DNA of 64,000 nt from Blastocladiella emersonii ATCC 22665 (lineage: Eukaryota > Fungi > Blastocladiomycota), in NCBI GenBank assembly GCA_025594325.1, contig JANHCV010000010.1, positions 930,001-994,000 on the forward strand, given 5' to 3'. The translations under genes were made by a program, and so were the position numbers. Below, piece by piece: positions 25,101-39,851 of this stretch (the first letter of the stretch is position 1; every line of letters begins with the position of its first letter). The notes under the pieces are model-generated. The model had not been told where the DNA came from and searched no databases. It saw nothing but the letters and a program-made list of their open reading frames with translations.

Positions 25101-25130
25101 CCGGTTCATCTTTCCAAAACACCAGCGTAG
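19180..25130 (+). pseudogene. ESP1: Separase family copy 2: disrupted 5' third, intact protease-encoding 3' ORF (21588-25130)
   Basis: Collinear with copy 1, including intron positions. Lesions: 5-nt tandem duplication TCGAA at 19601-19610 (frameshift), further frame switches at about 20870-21000, and TGG>TAG at 21356-21358. Catalytic YFGHGGG and LTGCSSG motifs are retained. Confidence 0.82.
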
Positions 25131-25210
25131 CGCAAGGCAAGTGGATGATTTTCTTTGAGTACGATATACAGTTAAGCTTTTTCGTCTACCCTTGGCAGTA
25201 ACGATAACAA

Positions 25211-25800
25211 CTCGAGGGCGCCGCCGCGGGCGGTCGTGTCGACGTAGTGGATCGACGGGTCGAGGACGACCCAGGCGCCGCCGCGGAGCTCGCCGTGCGG
25301 GACAATGTAGACGAACACCGGCCCCGGGTATGTGTGCAGCGCGGTGACAATGCAGCTGCCAAACTTGAGGATGTCGTCGAACATGTTGGACTGGCCGCCC
25401 AATAACCCGCGCCAGTTGGCGAAGTTGAGCAGCGGGAGGCCCACGTGGCCGAGGTCGCGGATCGCCTTGCGCCGTCTTGTACGCGGACGCGAGCGTCCAC
25501 ACGCCGGGCGGCTCGACAACCGTTTGCTCGGCCGGGTCCAGGTTCGCCGGGTCGGTGGGGATCACGGCCTCGACGCCGCGCGTCTCGACGGCGATCGCGC
25601 CGATGGGGACTCCGCCGAGGCGGCCGTGGCCGACGACGACCGTCTTGCTCCACCCGTCCATGGTCTCCATCCACGAGCCGCGGTCGAAGAACCCGCCGAC
25701 CCACGCGCCCGTCTCGTCGTGGTGCCCGTGCAGCATGTGGCGCGGGTCGTACGGCGACTTGGTCGGCGCGAACCCAATGCCGCGGTCGGCCTCGTCGAAC
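25211..25800 (-). pseudogene. ACC1: Acetyl-CoA carboxylase carboxyltransferase-domain fragment
   Basis: [88 protein letters not shown]. One-nt frameshift at about 25467; truncated at both ends. Confidence 0.88.
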
Positions 25801-27475
25801 TGGTACGATCGGTTCGCCGTCTCTGCGCTTCACCGCTGGGGCCTGATCCCGTCCGCGGGTTGCCACGGGGACGATTTCGACGCGCTCAGTTTCTCCATGA
25901 GCGACACGGGTCCATTACCTGTTTCGCTTTGCGGGCGGTAGCGAGTCGCTCGGTTCGGCCGCGGCGGCAGTCTCGCTTCCAACCGTTGTCGCTGTGGCGC
26001 GGGATGACGGCATGTTCCCGTTACTGACTGGCGCAGCGGTTGTCGTGTACGGGATCCCGGTCCATCTCGCGGACACGGCGGTGCAGCAGAAGTGAAGATT
26101 TTGACCATAATAGTACTGTTCTTTTTGTCCACACAGTGCTCCGCGATTCAATTAGCCTCGAGGAGTGTCAAGGAATGCGGGACCGCTGACGACAGCTTGC
26201 GTGCCGCTACATTCGGTTCGAAGCGACCCGCGCGTGGCGGAATCCTCCGTAACTCGCCGCGTGTACGCGCGCCCCATGAGCCGAACTAGGGTCGGGTCGC
26301 CGAGACATCGCTGCCCGAGCAAGCACGACGAGTCCGTTCAGCACGGTGGTCGCACAGTCGACCGAGGCTACGGAGGCAACGTGATAGTTTAACGCATCGA
26401 TCGTGGTCATCCTAAAGTAAAAGATCGCTGGCACGGAGCTCTCCATGCGCTGCGCATCTGGAGGAGCAAGCTGCGCCAGGTTACGAAGAGATCCCGATCA
26501 GCGGCGCGAAGCGAACGCCATCTCATGCCGCAGCAGCGGCGGCGAGAAATCGTCGCGCAGCGCAACGGGCATCTCTGGTAGCGATCTGACCGTGTTTGCT
26601 CAGATCAACGGCGTCGCTACGGCTTCCGCATCCGCCAGTGACGTGGCCGTGCGGGCCGGTCACGGATTGCAGCGAGAGACCGCTCGCCGACGCGCGAAAG
26701 TCCTCAGTCGCCATCGAATCCGTTGCATCAAGTTGCGGGGACTTGAGTTTCATGGTAACAGGTTCTCATTGCAGTAACTGAGGCCGATGCAGCAGCTCGT
26801 GCTGTGCGTGAGAATTTGGGCCGCTCGTTTCGTGGGGTCCGTTTACGCGGGAGCCATGTGAGCGTGACCTCACCTGAGCGTGTCTCGCGGGGCGCGGTGA
26901 ACAAGCAAGCACGGGCGCGGCGCGGCGCGTCTCGCGGCCACGCGAGTTGCGGGGGGAGACACGGCGACGCGTCGGACGTGTTCGCTCCGCACGCTCGGGC
27001 GAGACGCGTCGCACCGCCTGCCGCCATGCACGAACAACTCTGCGACTGCAACTGCGACTTGCTTGATATAGACAGTGCACACTCGGCGACATCCTCCTCC
27101 TCCTGCGGCGCGCTGCACGCGATTGCCTCTCCCCTCCTCCCCCCTTCTCCCCCGCACCCTTCGACTCTCGAATCCGCTCGCGGCACCGCGCGCATCTACA
27201 CAGCCCTCCCGCGCACGCGACGACGACGGCGGCGACGACGCACACATCCCTAGACTTGCACATCCCCTCCCTTTGCCTCGACTCGACTCGACTCGCGACA
27301 CTTGCGCGGTTGCACCGTCATCATCTTCATCTGCTCGCCGGCTTCGCCCCGCACCACCCTCACCCGCACACCTTCCTCCCGACCGATCGACTCGTCCGAG
27401 GACCGCGCTGCACCGCCCCGACCCGACGCCCATGCCCCGCCGACCCCGCCCCCGCCCTACCTCACCCGTGCGACC

Positions 27476-30176
<2,701 letters not shown>

Positions 30177-30266
30177 CATTGACGGGTGTGTGGAAGGAGG
30201 AAGAAGACGAGGTGGTGACAAACCGTTTTATACATACATGCGCGCAACTCTTTTTCTGTCGACTAC

Positions 30267-31130
30267 TTACTGCAGAAGCTGGGTGAGAGCAATGAGCCGT
30301 GGGTCGTTCTCGAGAGTGGAAGCGAGATCGACCGCGGCCGTCCACGCGGGCGAGCTCTGCGGAAGCCACGGGTCGCGCAGGCACGCGAGCAGCGCGGCGT
30401 GGAATTTGGAGCGAGGTACGGCGGGCTGGACCGCTTCCAAGGCCCAGGACTGTTGCGTGAGCAGAACAAGCCAAAGGGCGGCGCGAGTTTCGTGGGCATC
30501 GTCGAGCGGCGGGAGAACAGCAAGCCAGTCGGGTTCGTCGGTCGCGAGCAAGACGCTGAGAACCGGATCTGAGAGTGCAAGCGCCCACGATTGTTTCGCT
30601 CGCACCGCGCGATCGACGTCTCGCCACGTAACCAAGATCCGGGCGACTGCGGCTGCGTCATCCTCGATACGCGGTCCGATCGTATCAGCGAGCGCGGCGA
30701 GAGCGGAGCGGTACAGGCGCCAGTCTTCGGCGACCGCCGTCAGCGCAGCGGGCTTGAGTGCGAAGAGATCGAGAAGCAGTTGGTCCATGTCGACCGCGTA
30801 CTCCCGCGCGTTTAGAATGGTCGCGAGAGCCGTTGACTGAGAGCGAGCGGACGGCGAAACGTGAGGCGAGTCGCGAACAGCTTCCACGGCTTCGCGGAGC
30901 TCGCCAACGCCGCTGTGTTGTGGACGGTCAACGGTCGTCGAGAGCCAGCTGGTCAGCTGGTCGAGAGACTCGTCAAGCGTGGCATCAAAGAAAGCTTCTT
31001 CGTCGTAGCCGAGTGCGCGGACCCATGCGAGAGCGGTCAGGTCGGTCGCGCCGGGGCACGCGAGCGCGTGTCGGATCCGGAGCGTCCCGGCGGGTGTCTG
31101 GGTTTCAGTTACATGGTTTACAGTGTTCAT
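30267..31130 (-). CDS. Hypothetical helical protein, 287 aa
   Basis: Intronless ORF with ATG start and protein-like L/A/D/W composition; no family recognised. Confidence 0.65.
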   Translation of the reverse strand: MNTVNHVTETQTPAGTLRIRHALACPGATDLTALAWVRALGYDEEAFFDATLDESLDQLTSWLSTTVDRPQHSGVGELREAVEAVRDSPHVSPSARSQSTALATILNAREYAVDMDQLLLDLFALKPAALTAVAEDWRLYRSALAALADTIGPRIEDDAAAVARILVTWRDVDRAVRAKQSWALALSDPVLSVLLATDEPDWLAVLPPLDDAHETRAALWLVLLTQQSWALEAVQPAVPRSKFHAALLACLRDPWLPQSSPAWTAAVDLASTLENDPRLIALTQLLQ

Positions 31131-31803
31131 TGCATCAAGTCCGGGGCTGTGTCGGTCAGCAGCCGTGGATGGGATAGAATGCGGAAGCGAAAATGAGGAC
31201 GAGCGGCGGGCAGAGCGAATCGGTCACGCTGTGGCGCTACGCGTTATCGCTGCTGCGGTTCGTTCACGATGCCTTCCCGTCGATCAAGTGCTTTTCTGTT
31301 AGCGAGGGCTCAAACAAAGTGTTAAGTTTAGCCTCTACTCCGCAGGCGTTCTCCGCAATGGCGAGGGAGCGGGCCTTCGCACAAGCGTAGCTTCGGAGCC
31401 TTGGGGTCCACTTCCTCAAGCGCCTGGGCACAAAACACCTTGACCTGTGATATGCGAGAGGAATGAGGAAACATCGCACAATGACGTCAAGACCGGCCTG
31501 ATGCACTCTCGTGGCGCCTCGGCCACGGACGCCAGAGTTCGTCGGCGCGCGAGCCGCGATCGTCACGCGTGCGCGGATAAAGACTTTTAGCACGCAGAAC
31601 CGCTTCAAACTGACTCAAAGAGAGAATGTGTGCGGGAAGGTGCCGCTGTATCGCCACTTTTCCGATGCACGTCGCAGGAAAGACACGGCGAGACGGACGC
31701 AGTGCGAGACGCGTCGCGGTATCATGTCGGGAGACATTTCAAGTTTATCTCGCTGGGCAGCTAGTCTGATCCACTCTCTCGAGTGAATTGTTAGGTTCAT
31801 GAC

Positions 31804-33668
31804 ATGAACACACACATCATGCAACCGATGAATATGCACCAGCAAAAGCTGCCGGACGAGATCATCGACGCGATCCTGATCCGCGCGGCTCGCATGCACG
31901 CGTCATGGGACTTTCGCGGGATGGCGGTCTATCTCCGCGTCCTGCCTCGTTGCCGTGCGCCCGCGGCCACCCGCGCAGTCGCACGCCGCGTGCGCTCGTC
32001 CGTCGACGTCGGATATGCCGTCAGTAGCGGAAATGCCAAGCTGCTCCAGTTCTTGCGCACCGCCGGGATGCGCCTTTGGGTTGATATCAATGATCTCTCC
32101 CGCGCTTTCAGCAAGGGCTTTGACGAGGTCTTCGCAGCTTGGCGCGGCATGGAGTGCGAAATCGGGTTCGAGCCTTACTTTATGCGCCTTCCTTGCATCC
32201 GTGTTGCAATTCAACCCGACGTGACCCCCGGGCTGGGGCCTGGCGACGCCAAGCTGGCGCAGATGGCCGAGGGCATTGCTTCTGGCCGAGTGCAATCGAT
32301 CACGCTCGAAGCCCAGCGGATCTCAGACGCTGGCGTCGAGCTGCTCAATCGCGCGCTCGCTTCTCCCAACCAGCGTGTCGCCGATCTCGTTTGTTCGCTG
32401 CAACCTCGGCGCGCTCCGTCGTCACCGCCTCCGTCTCCCCGACACGGTCACCAAGCTTGACCTGTGCGAGAACCGACTCGTCCGCCTGCACGCGATCTTG
32501 GACCGGGTTCCGCGCGCGCTAGCCGAGATCGATCTCAGAGACAGAGAATGTGGCATGCCCCCTGACTGCATCCTTTCTTTCGCAGATCACTTCCCGCCGA
32601 CGCTCAAGAACATTGCCCTGAGCCACTGCAAGATGAACGAAGCTGCGGCTACGACGTTTGCGCGCACGATTCTGCGCGGCCTCGAACGGCTCACGCTGAC
32701 TTGATGATTCGAGACTTCTTCCGCAGCGCAGGTTATCATCGCGAACATACCGAACAACCTGCTTGCGTTTGCGCTTCACGGGGTTGAGTTTGACGCCAAC
32801 GTTGTACATACATTGGATGTCAAGTTGAGGCAGCTTACTCGGCTCGAATCCTTCAGCTGTATCCCTTCTACATCGCTGTTCGAGCTTGCGAAGCGTTTTC
32901 TTCTGAGCCTCCCTCCATCGTTGCAGTCTCTCGATCTCTCCCGTAACGCCTTGAATGCCGATGCCATTGCCGCGCTCGCTTCGGCATACTTTCCCCGAGC
33001 TCCGCGAGCTCAAGCTTGATGGTGGAAGCACGCATCTCATGTTTCTTCACAAGTTGAAGAGCGACTGCTTTCCTACTCTTTCACACCTTAAAATGGGTGG
33101 CGCTTTTGAAGCGACACTGGTTGTCTCGTCCGTGCGGGCCATGGTCCACGCGGCACCTCGTCTTTCTTCGCTCATCCTTGACGGGACAATGTTTGACAAG
33201 GCCAAGATGGATGACTTGGCTCGGTCTCTGCCGCAGACGCTGCGCAGGCTGTCGCTCGAGGAATGCAAAATCTTGCGCGGGGGTGTGGTCGCGCTTCTCA
33301 AGCATCTCCCCGCGCATCTCACCCACTTCAATCTCTCGTTCGTCACATTCAATCTTGCGGGTGTCACCGCCCTCGTGGCATGGCTCAAGAAGGCGACGGC
33401 CCTCCAGCGCCTCGAGCTGGCGTCGTGCGGACTCACCATGGAGTGGATGAAGAAGATTGTGCCGGCGCTGCCCGTGACTCTCGAGTGCCTCAATCTTTCA
33501 CGGAACACGGTCGACCCTCAGCTTGCGGTACTGGTCCAGTCGCGTGCGTTCCCGGTTCTGACCTCGCTCTCGCTCAACGGGGAGCTCGACCCAGAAGAGG
33601 CCAGGTGGAACCTCAAGGAAGTAGAGCGGGCTCGCAGCAACAAGAAGAAGGCTCCCAAGCCTCAGTGA
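31804..33668 (+). pseudogene. F-box-like plus RNI-like LRR gene, disrupted
   Basis: N-terminal LPDEIIDAILIRA; LRR units VTKLDLCENRL, LQSLDLSRNAL, LECLNLSRNTV. Frameshifts at about 32390 and about 32990; in-frame TGA TGA at about 32702-32707; no suitable introns seen. Confidence 0.78.
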
Positions 33669-34185
33669 GGTAAAAAAATATATGTTCTGATCGAGTTTGA
33701 TTCACGTCGCTCCTAGACCTTTGCGCGCGAGCGGGGTTGGTCTGATGAAGCTGTGATGCAAGTCACGCTGTGGCGCAACGCGTCCACCAAGCCCTGTCGA
33801 AGGGAGGCCGAGTCTGAATGTAACCCCTAGCTGCGCTGAATGAAGTGATGCGTATCGACGGATCTAAGAGAGCAGGTGTAGTTGTCATACTTAAAACGTG
33901 AGCAAGTTGGCTGCTCCTCAAACCATGCTCCCCAGTCGTTCGACACTCGATGATGCGGTGAAAGACGCACGCGATGATGGCACCGCGGCGATATCGACAC
34001 CCGCTGCAATTTTGATTGTGACTCGCTTGGTCAGTGTAAACCGCTTGGGCGACGTGACGCGAGCCATGAGCTCACCGTCGACCTTTGACCGGCCGACGTA
34101 ACTCTCAACGTCCTCGCTGCTACTCATGACGTGATTCGGGGCGTGATCGGTGCAAGATTGAGATGTATACATTGGTATCCAGCAC

Positions 34186-37100
34186 TCAGAAGAGCATGCT
34201 GAGCAGCGACGCAATCGACCACTCGTCGCCTCGTGCCTGCGGCCGCGGGTTCGCCGGCATAAAGTTGACGGCGTAGTCGGCCGCGACGAGCCCGCGTTCC
34301 GTCAGCGTCACGGCGACCCAGTCGGGAACGCGCCGCAGCACCTCGCGGTACAGCGCATACGGCTCCGTGGTCGAGTTCTGGCCGAGCACGCCGTCGTTGG
34401 AGTGCACGCGACACTGCAGCGACCACTGCGTCTCGAGCCACGCGCGCGGGAGGTACATGCGCAGCTCGACGGGCGCCGAGTGCGGATCCGCGTGCAGGTA
34501 CGTGAACCGGTTGCTGCGCAGCGGAATGGCCTTGGGTCCCGCTGCGGGCACGACGAGCGTCGCCACCGAGTTGTCGCCCGCTAAGCTGGGCGGCGCGATG
34601 CCCGTCGTCGAACACGTCACGAACCCAGCAGGCACAGTCATGGTTAGCTCGGCCATGGGCGCCTCGCCCGACGGGAGCTGCGGCGCCTGCGAGCCGGCAC
34701 GACGCAGCGCAAACGTCGCGGCGGGCCACGTCACGTTGGCCGCCGCGCCGAGCGCCGACGCGGGGTACGTGCACCGCCGCGTGCCGAACCGGTACGGGTT
34801 GCACGCGTCGGGCTTGACGCCGTCCCCCAGCAGCGCCGCGGGGTCGACGGCCTGGCTGCCCGCCGCCGGCATCATGGCGAGCGAGACGGTCGGCGACGCG
34901 GCGGGCGGCGGTACCATGGTCAGCGGGATGGTCGACCCGGTGCCCGCGAGGAGCGACGCGAGCGTGTCGCTGCCGACGATCGTGTTGGACGCGGTCGTGA
35001 TGGCGAGCTGCAGCTTGAGCGGCGCGGCGGGTGTGAACGGGAACAGCACCGCGGCGAGCGAACACAGCACAAACACGACGGCGGAGAGGGTCAGGACGAC
35101 GCCGCGGAGCGTGCGCGGCGAGAGCGCGGCAAACACGACGCCCGTGTTGAGCGCGACAGGACCCGCCATAAAGGCGACGAACGCGGCGACGACCCAGCCG
35201 GGCAGGCCCTCCTGCGTCGAGAAGGCGAGCCCCATGACGTAGTTGAGCGCGAGGTCGAGCGTCACGAGCAGCGGCCACGCCGACGCCGCCGCGAAGAGCA
35301 GAAGGTAGCCCCACGCGCGGCCGCGGGACCGCTGCGGCGTCAGCAGTGCGCGGCACACGGCAGCCGTCGCCGGGTCGATTTTCGGGACGGCGACGGGGAG
35401 CAGAGTGGTGCGCTCGTCGTCGTCGTCGTGACGGTGGGGTGACTCGGTGGCGGTGGTGACGACGACCGTGTGGCCGAGCAGGGCGGGTCGAGTATTCAGG
35501 GCGGTCCACGCGAGCGCGTCAACGGCGAGCGAGGCGCCAAAGAGGCACACAGCGAACCACAAAAAGTGCGAGAGGAACGCCGTTGTCGTGGCCGTGACAC
35601 CAGCGAGCACGAGCAGGACGAGCCACGCGCCGAGGGTGCCGCGCTGCACGCGAACGTGGAGTCGGCCGACGCCGAGGTGACTGGGTGGACCACCGCCGTA
35701 ATCGGACAACACGTGTGGTGCTGCCCACGCAGCTGCAGCAATCAGAGTGAGCGCTGAGACGAGCAGCGAGGTGGCGATGCCGAGCACGAGGATGAGACCG
35801 GGGCGACCCGACACGGCCATGGGCTGCACCCACGTCAGCAGCGACCCGAGGACCAGCGTCGTCGCGACGAGGTTGGCGAACAGGGCGCCAAGTACCGCGA
35901 GCGTCGACTTGGTCCACGCGCGCAGCCGCACGCCGAGGACGTGGCCCGACCACGGCCGGATCGAGACCCGCGTGGCGGCGGAGCCCGTGACTGCGAAGGC
36001 GGCGGACCACGCGGCGGGCACGAGCACGAACACGGCGGCACTCGCGAGCAGCACGACGGCGAGCCCGCGGTACCCAAGGACAAGCATCGAGTGACCCGCG
36101 TAGTCGGTGAACACGACGGCGTTGCGGCGCTCGGGCAGGCGGCGGACGTGCTCGATGCCCACGGTGTCGATGCCGCGCATCAGGCCCAGGATGTTGACGC
36201 CGAGGTGCGCAATCGACTCGTCCTCGACCAGCGGGAGCGCGTCGAGGTCCGTGTGGTACACCCATCGGCGATCGTCTACACGTCGCAGCTGTGAGTGGCT
36301 TCGCTCGAGCGGGGATGGTCGAGTCGCGGGCGTACAAAACGCAAAATCGACGCCCGTCACGTTGTGCCGCCAATACACGGAGCTACAGAGCGGGTATGAG
36401 TTGGCCGCAATCACGAACCCGTGGCTGAACACGCACTAGTCAGTGTCGCTCGCAATGAGGCCCGCGTCCATGAGCTCCTGGCCGAGCACCGATGCGTGCG
36501 GGTACGGCGCAAACTGCTGGAATATCTCGACCATCTCGCGCGACGTGGACCGGTACAGCAGCGGGCGGCCCGTCGGACACACCGAGTCTACGCACGAGGC
36601 GGATTAGCATCAGCGATGAGAGCTCGACTTGCTAGCAGTTGCATACCAATGTTGATAAATGCAGCCACGTCTCGCCACAGCGGATCGCGGACAGTCGCCT
36701 GCGCGCCGTACAGGCCCGTCTCCTCGGCATTGTTGAAGTTGAGGAGCACCGAGTATGATAGCGCGGTCGGGGACTCGATGAGCACGCGCGCCAGCTCAAG
36801 CATCGCAACAACACCGAGACCGTCGTCGCCGACCCCGCGCGACGTGGCGACCGAGTCGTAGTGCGACGAGAGCATCAGCGAGGTGCGGTCACCGCTCTCG
36901 CGCTCCCGCTTCCCGGGGATGCGCAGGTACAGGTTGGACGACTGCATGACGGTCACGTCGCCTGCGCTTATGTCGCGGAAACTGAGCAAGTCTACAGAGT
37001 AGGGTGTGAGTGGGACGCAGGTCAAGACTCAGGAGCGGACGAGTCAAGTACCGTCCGCGCGAGAATCGACGACGTATCCCGTCGATTTGACAAGGGTCAC

Positions 37101-37544
37101 ACCACGAGACTGGCCCGCCGGCGAGGATGCGAGGTCGCCGAGCACCGTGGCGAGGTAGGCGCGCACGTCCCAGTTGGCACGCGACGGCGTCGGGTGCTCC
37201 GTGACGGTGATGCGCTCGAGGTGATGGCGAGCGCGGGTTGCCGAGAACCCCGTCAGGTACTCTGCACCGGGCACCGAGGGTCTGGCAGTGGAGCGCAGCC
37301 CCAGCGTCACCGCGGTGACAAGCGCGAGGAAGGCGACCAACACCACGAGCGCGACCTGGTCGGGCTTCCGCCGCAGGAGACGCAAGATGGTGGCGCTCAC
37401 AGTGCCACGATAACTCTCGACTGGTTGAGAAGCATAGAACTCGTCGCCCTCGGGTGCGTCGCCGTGCGACTCCTCACGCCGCCCACGCGGAGGCGGCCCG
37501 TGTGCATCAGGAAGTGCTTCATTTTCTCGTTGCATCGAGTCCAT
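34186..37544 (-). CDS. M28 family multi-pass membrane metallopeptidase (ERMP1/PFF1-like), multi-exon
   Basis: SSHYDSV, GDDGLG, NNAEETGL.GA, AFINI, SDTDYSVY (across an intron) and YHTDLD motifs, followed by about 8 TM helices and a C-terminal luminal domain. Confidence 0.88.
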
Positions 37545-38221
37545 TTGCTGTTGTATTCATGGGACGGTTGGTGGGGAGGAGTACGCGCACGGGCGGCTGT
37601 CGTCGGTGACCCGGCCGTTCCCGGGTGGCGCTCGGTCACGCCGACGTGAGCGACGCGTCGTCTCTCCATTTCCGCCATGTCCGGACGCGGGTCGCGGCTT
37701 GCCGTGCCCCCTTTTCGGCTCCGACGACAATGCTCCAACTTGGTAGGCGACCTTCGCTCGCGGCCGACCTCGCCGTGTCCCCAGTTCCACGTTTTTCGAG
37801 TTTCGAGGCAGTTGAGCCGGGTCGGTGGTCGGTCCTCATCTCGCGGCCTCATTTCACGGCTGCAGGTAAGTTTTCCAAGGTTGGGCGTAGCGCGTGCACA
37901 GCGGCGGGCGGGGCAGCGTGGGCCACCCAATACCCAATCTGGAGATCAGAAACAACTTTTGCACGCACGCACGCGCGCGCTGCGCCACCGACCAACTCGT
38001 CACTGGATCCTGCGCGTCACCGGGTCCTGCATATTGGAGTCGGCGGTCAGCGGTCGCACCCGAAGCGGACACAGGATCGGCAGGTGCGACCCACTCGTTG
38101 TGGCTCACTTCAACCTGCAATCTCGCCGCTGAATGAGGCCGTATCGAATGGTCCGAGTTGAAGCGACGCGTCGCGCCGAGCACCGTCAAAAGCGAGCGCC
38201 ACGCACCAGCAACTGCGAGAG

Positions 38222-38227
38222 TATAAA
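38222..38227 (+). promoter_or_regulatory. TATA box candidate for the small secreted protein gene
   Basis: TATAAA about 95 nt upstream of the ATG at 38322, in GC-rich context. Confidence 0.5.
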
Positions 38228-38321
38228 GAGCAGTCGCGTCCCCCGCCCTCCAACCGTCTGATCCTCACCAGCCGACCAAGCCAGCTTCTCTCAACAACCC
38301 AAGTCCCCCTCAACCACCACC

Positions 38322-38732
38322 ATGAACGCCGTCGCCTTCCTCTTCGCCATCGTCCTGGCCCTCGTCGCCACCGTGTCCGCCGCCAAGGCTCCGTTCCCGG
38401 TCCCCGCCACCTACAAGGTCAGCAACACGCACTCGGCGACCTTCGGCGCCGACGGCAAGCTCACCGTCAAGTCCACGATCCGCTGCACCCGCATCCCGTG
38501 CCACGAGGCCGGCGGCGTCGGCACCTGGTCGTACGACGCCAAGGCCGACACCATGACCGTGCGCATGGCCATCAACCCGTCGTGGACGGTCGCGCAGACG
38601 TGGTCGTGCCCCGCCAAGTCGCGCGACATGAACGTGTCGGTGCTCGGCGGATGCAAGCTCGTCAGCTTCTCGGGCGCCCAGGCCGACAAGGCCCCGCTGC
38701 CCGCCAACGCCCCGACCTGGACCCGCCAGTAA
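38322..38732 (+). CDS. Small secreted protein, 136 aa, 4 Cys
   Basis: Signal peptide MNAVAFLFAIVLALVATVSA; CTRIPC motif; strong C/G third-position bias; CACC-ATG start context. Confidence 0.85.
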   Translation: MNAVAFLFAIVLALVATVSAAKAPFPVPATYKVSNTHSATFGADGKLTVKSTIRCTRIPCHEAGGVGTWSYDAKADTMTVRMAINPSWTVAQTWSCPAKSRDMNVSVLGGCKLVSFSGAQADKAPLPANAPTWTRQ

Positions 38733-38948
38733 GTCTCGGCGCGACTTTTTCTAGTCGTATCGCATCAAGGTCATTCTCCGCATGTTAGTCGGTGTAACAA
38801 AAAGAGTGTATGGGTGGTTGTGTGACGGTGAAGCTGCAAAATCAAACGAGTAAATAACTCTGGTTTCCGCAAACATCAAATTTATCGCACACGATGCTGA
38901 AGAAAAGAGAGCGACGCGATCACCCGAGCAGACAGGACCGAGCTTCCG

Positions 38949-39776
38949 TCACGTCATGTTGGAAACGTTTGACTTGAGATGGGCCAACCGTGCAGCCGAC
39001 ACAACCGTGTTTGCAAGCTTGATTTCCGTGAGCTTCGGAAGCCGTCGGTTCACGAGCGCGCTCAGGAGCCCGTCATGCACAACGTTTGAGGAAAAGTTGG
39101 CCGAGACGAGCGAATCGGGCAGCGCGTTCACAACGCGGATAAGCGCAGATTGCGCCAACGCAAGTATGCCGAGAGACATGTCAAGGAGGGATGTGGCATT
39201 TCCTAGCCACAAGACCATTGCTTGAACGTCAGGCGCGCCGAAGGTGACTCCATCCATGGTCAAGCTGTTGAGATTCCCTGGATGAAAGCGCTGGAAGAGC
39301 GGAACCCATGCGCCCGCTGGATGCTGGCAAACTGTAATCTCGAGCCTACGTAACGTTGCCGGGATCAAAGTACCAAGGCGGGCCGGGCTAAGCATTTGTG
39401 CGAACAAATTGCGCAACTGAAGTGATAATACGCCGGGACGGAGAAGCAAAAGCGTCTCGAGAAATGTAGCCAGAACCCTTGGTTCGCTAAGAAACCCAAA
39501 GATTTCTACGGTGGACGTTGCCTGGGGCAGCGCAGAGACAAAGTCGTGGACAAGATTGGCGTCGATGCGTCCAAAATGCAGCTGGAGAGTGTTCAGGTGA
39601 GGAAGTTGGCGGTTGTAAAACGCGTGCACCAGGTTACGAGTTGGATTGAAACCACCAAGAAGAAGGGTGCGGACCGAGGCAGGGAGCTCGAGAGAGCTGG
39701 AACGCGTTTCGGCGCTGACGGCGAACTGGGGCAACCGGACCTTCGCTGCGCAACGGCAAGCCAGCGACCACCTCAA
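38949..39776 (-). pseudogene. RNI-like LRR fragment, paralogous to the C-terminal part of 31804-33668; start not evident
   Basis: IPATLRRLEITVC, LNSLTMDGVTF, ALPDSLVSANFSSNVV and LPKLTEIKL align with SLPQTLRRLSLEEC, ALPVTLECLNLSRNTV and FPVLTSLSL. No ATG at the 5' end; visibly lower GC. Confidence 0.6.
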
Positions 39777-39851
39777 AACGCACTCGTGTTATACATCGTG
39801 GACAAAACAGGGCATAATCGTACAAGGCCACGCGGCTCGAGACCCGCTTGC

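Noticed and set aside
25800-27400. Short ORFs between the ACC fragment and TTBK
   Set aside because: No motif or codon-bias support; treated as intergenic or promoter sequence.
30267-31130. Possible FANCF-like identity (ALAWVRAL versus ALQWARYL; C-terminal W)
   Set aside because: The resemblance is only a few residues in a generic helical protein, too weak without a profile search.
36436-36438. Apparent premature TAG in the M28 peptidase (SDTD*)
   Set aside because: The G belongs to a GTGCGT donor. Splicing to the downstream TGTAG acceptor gives SDTDYSVYW, the conserved motif, so the gene is intact.
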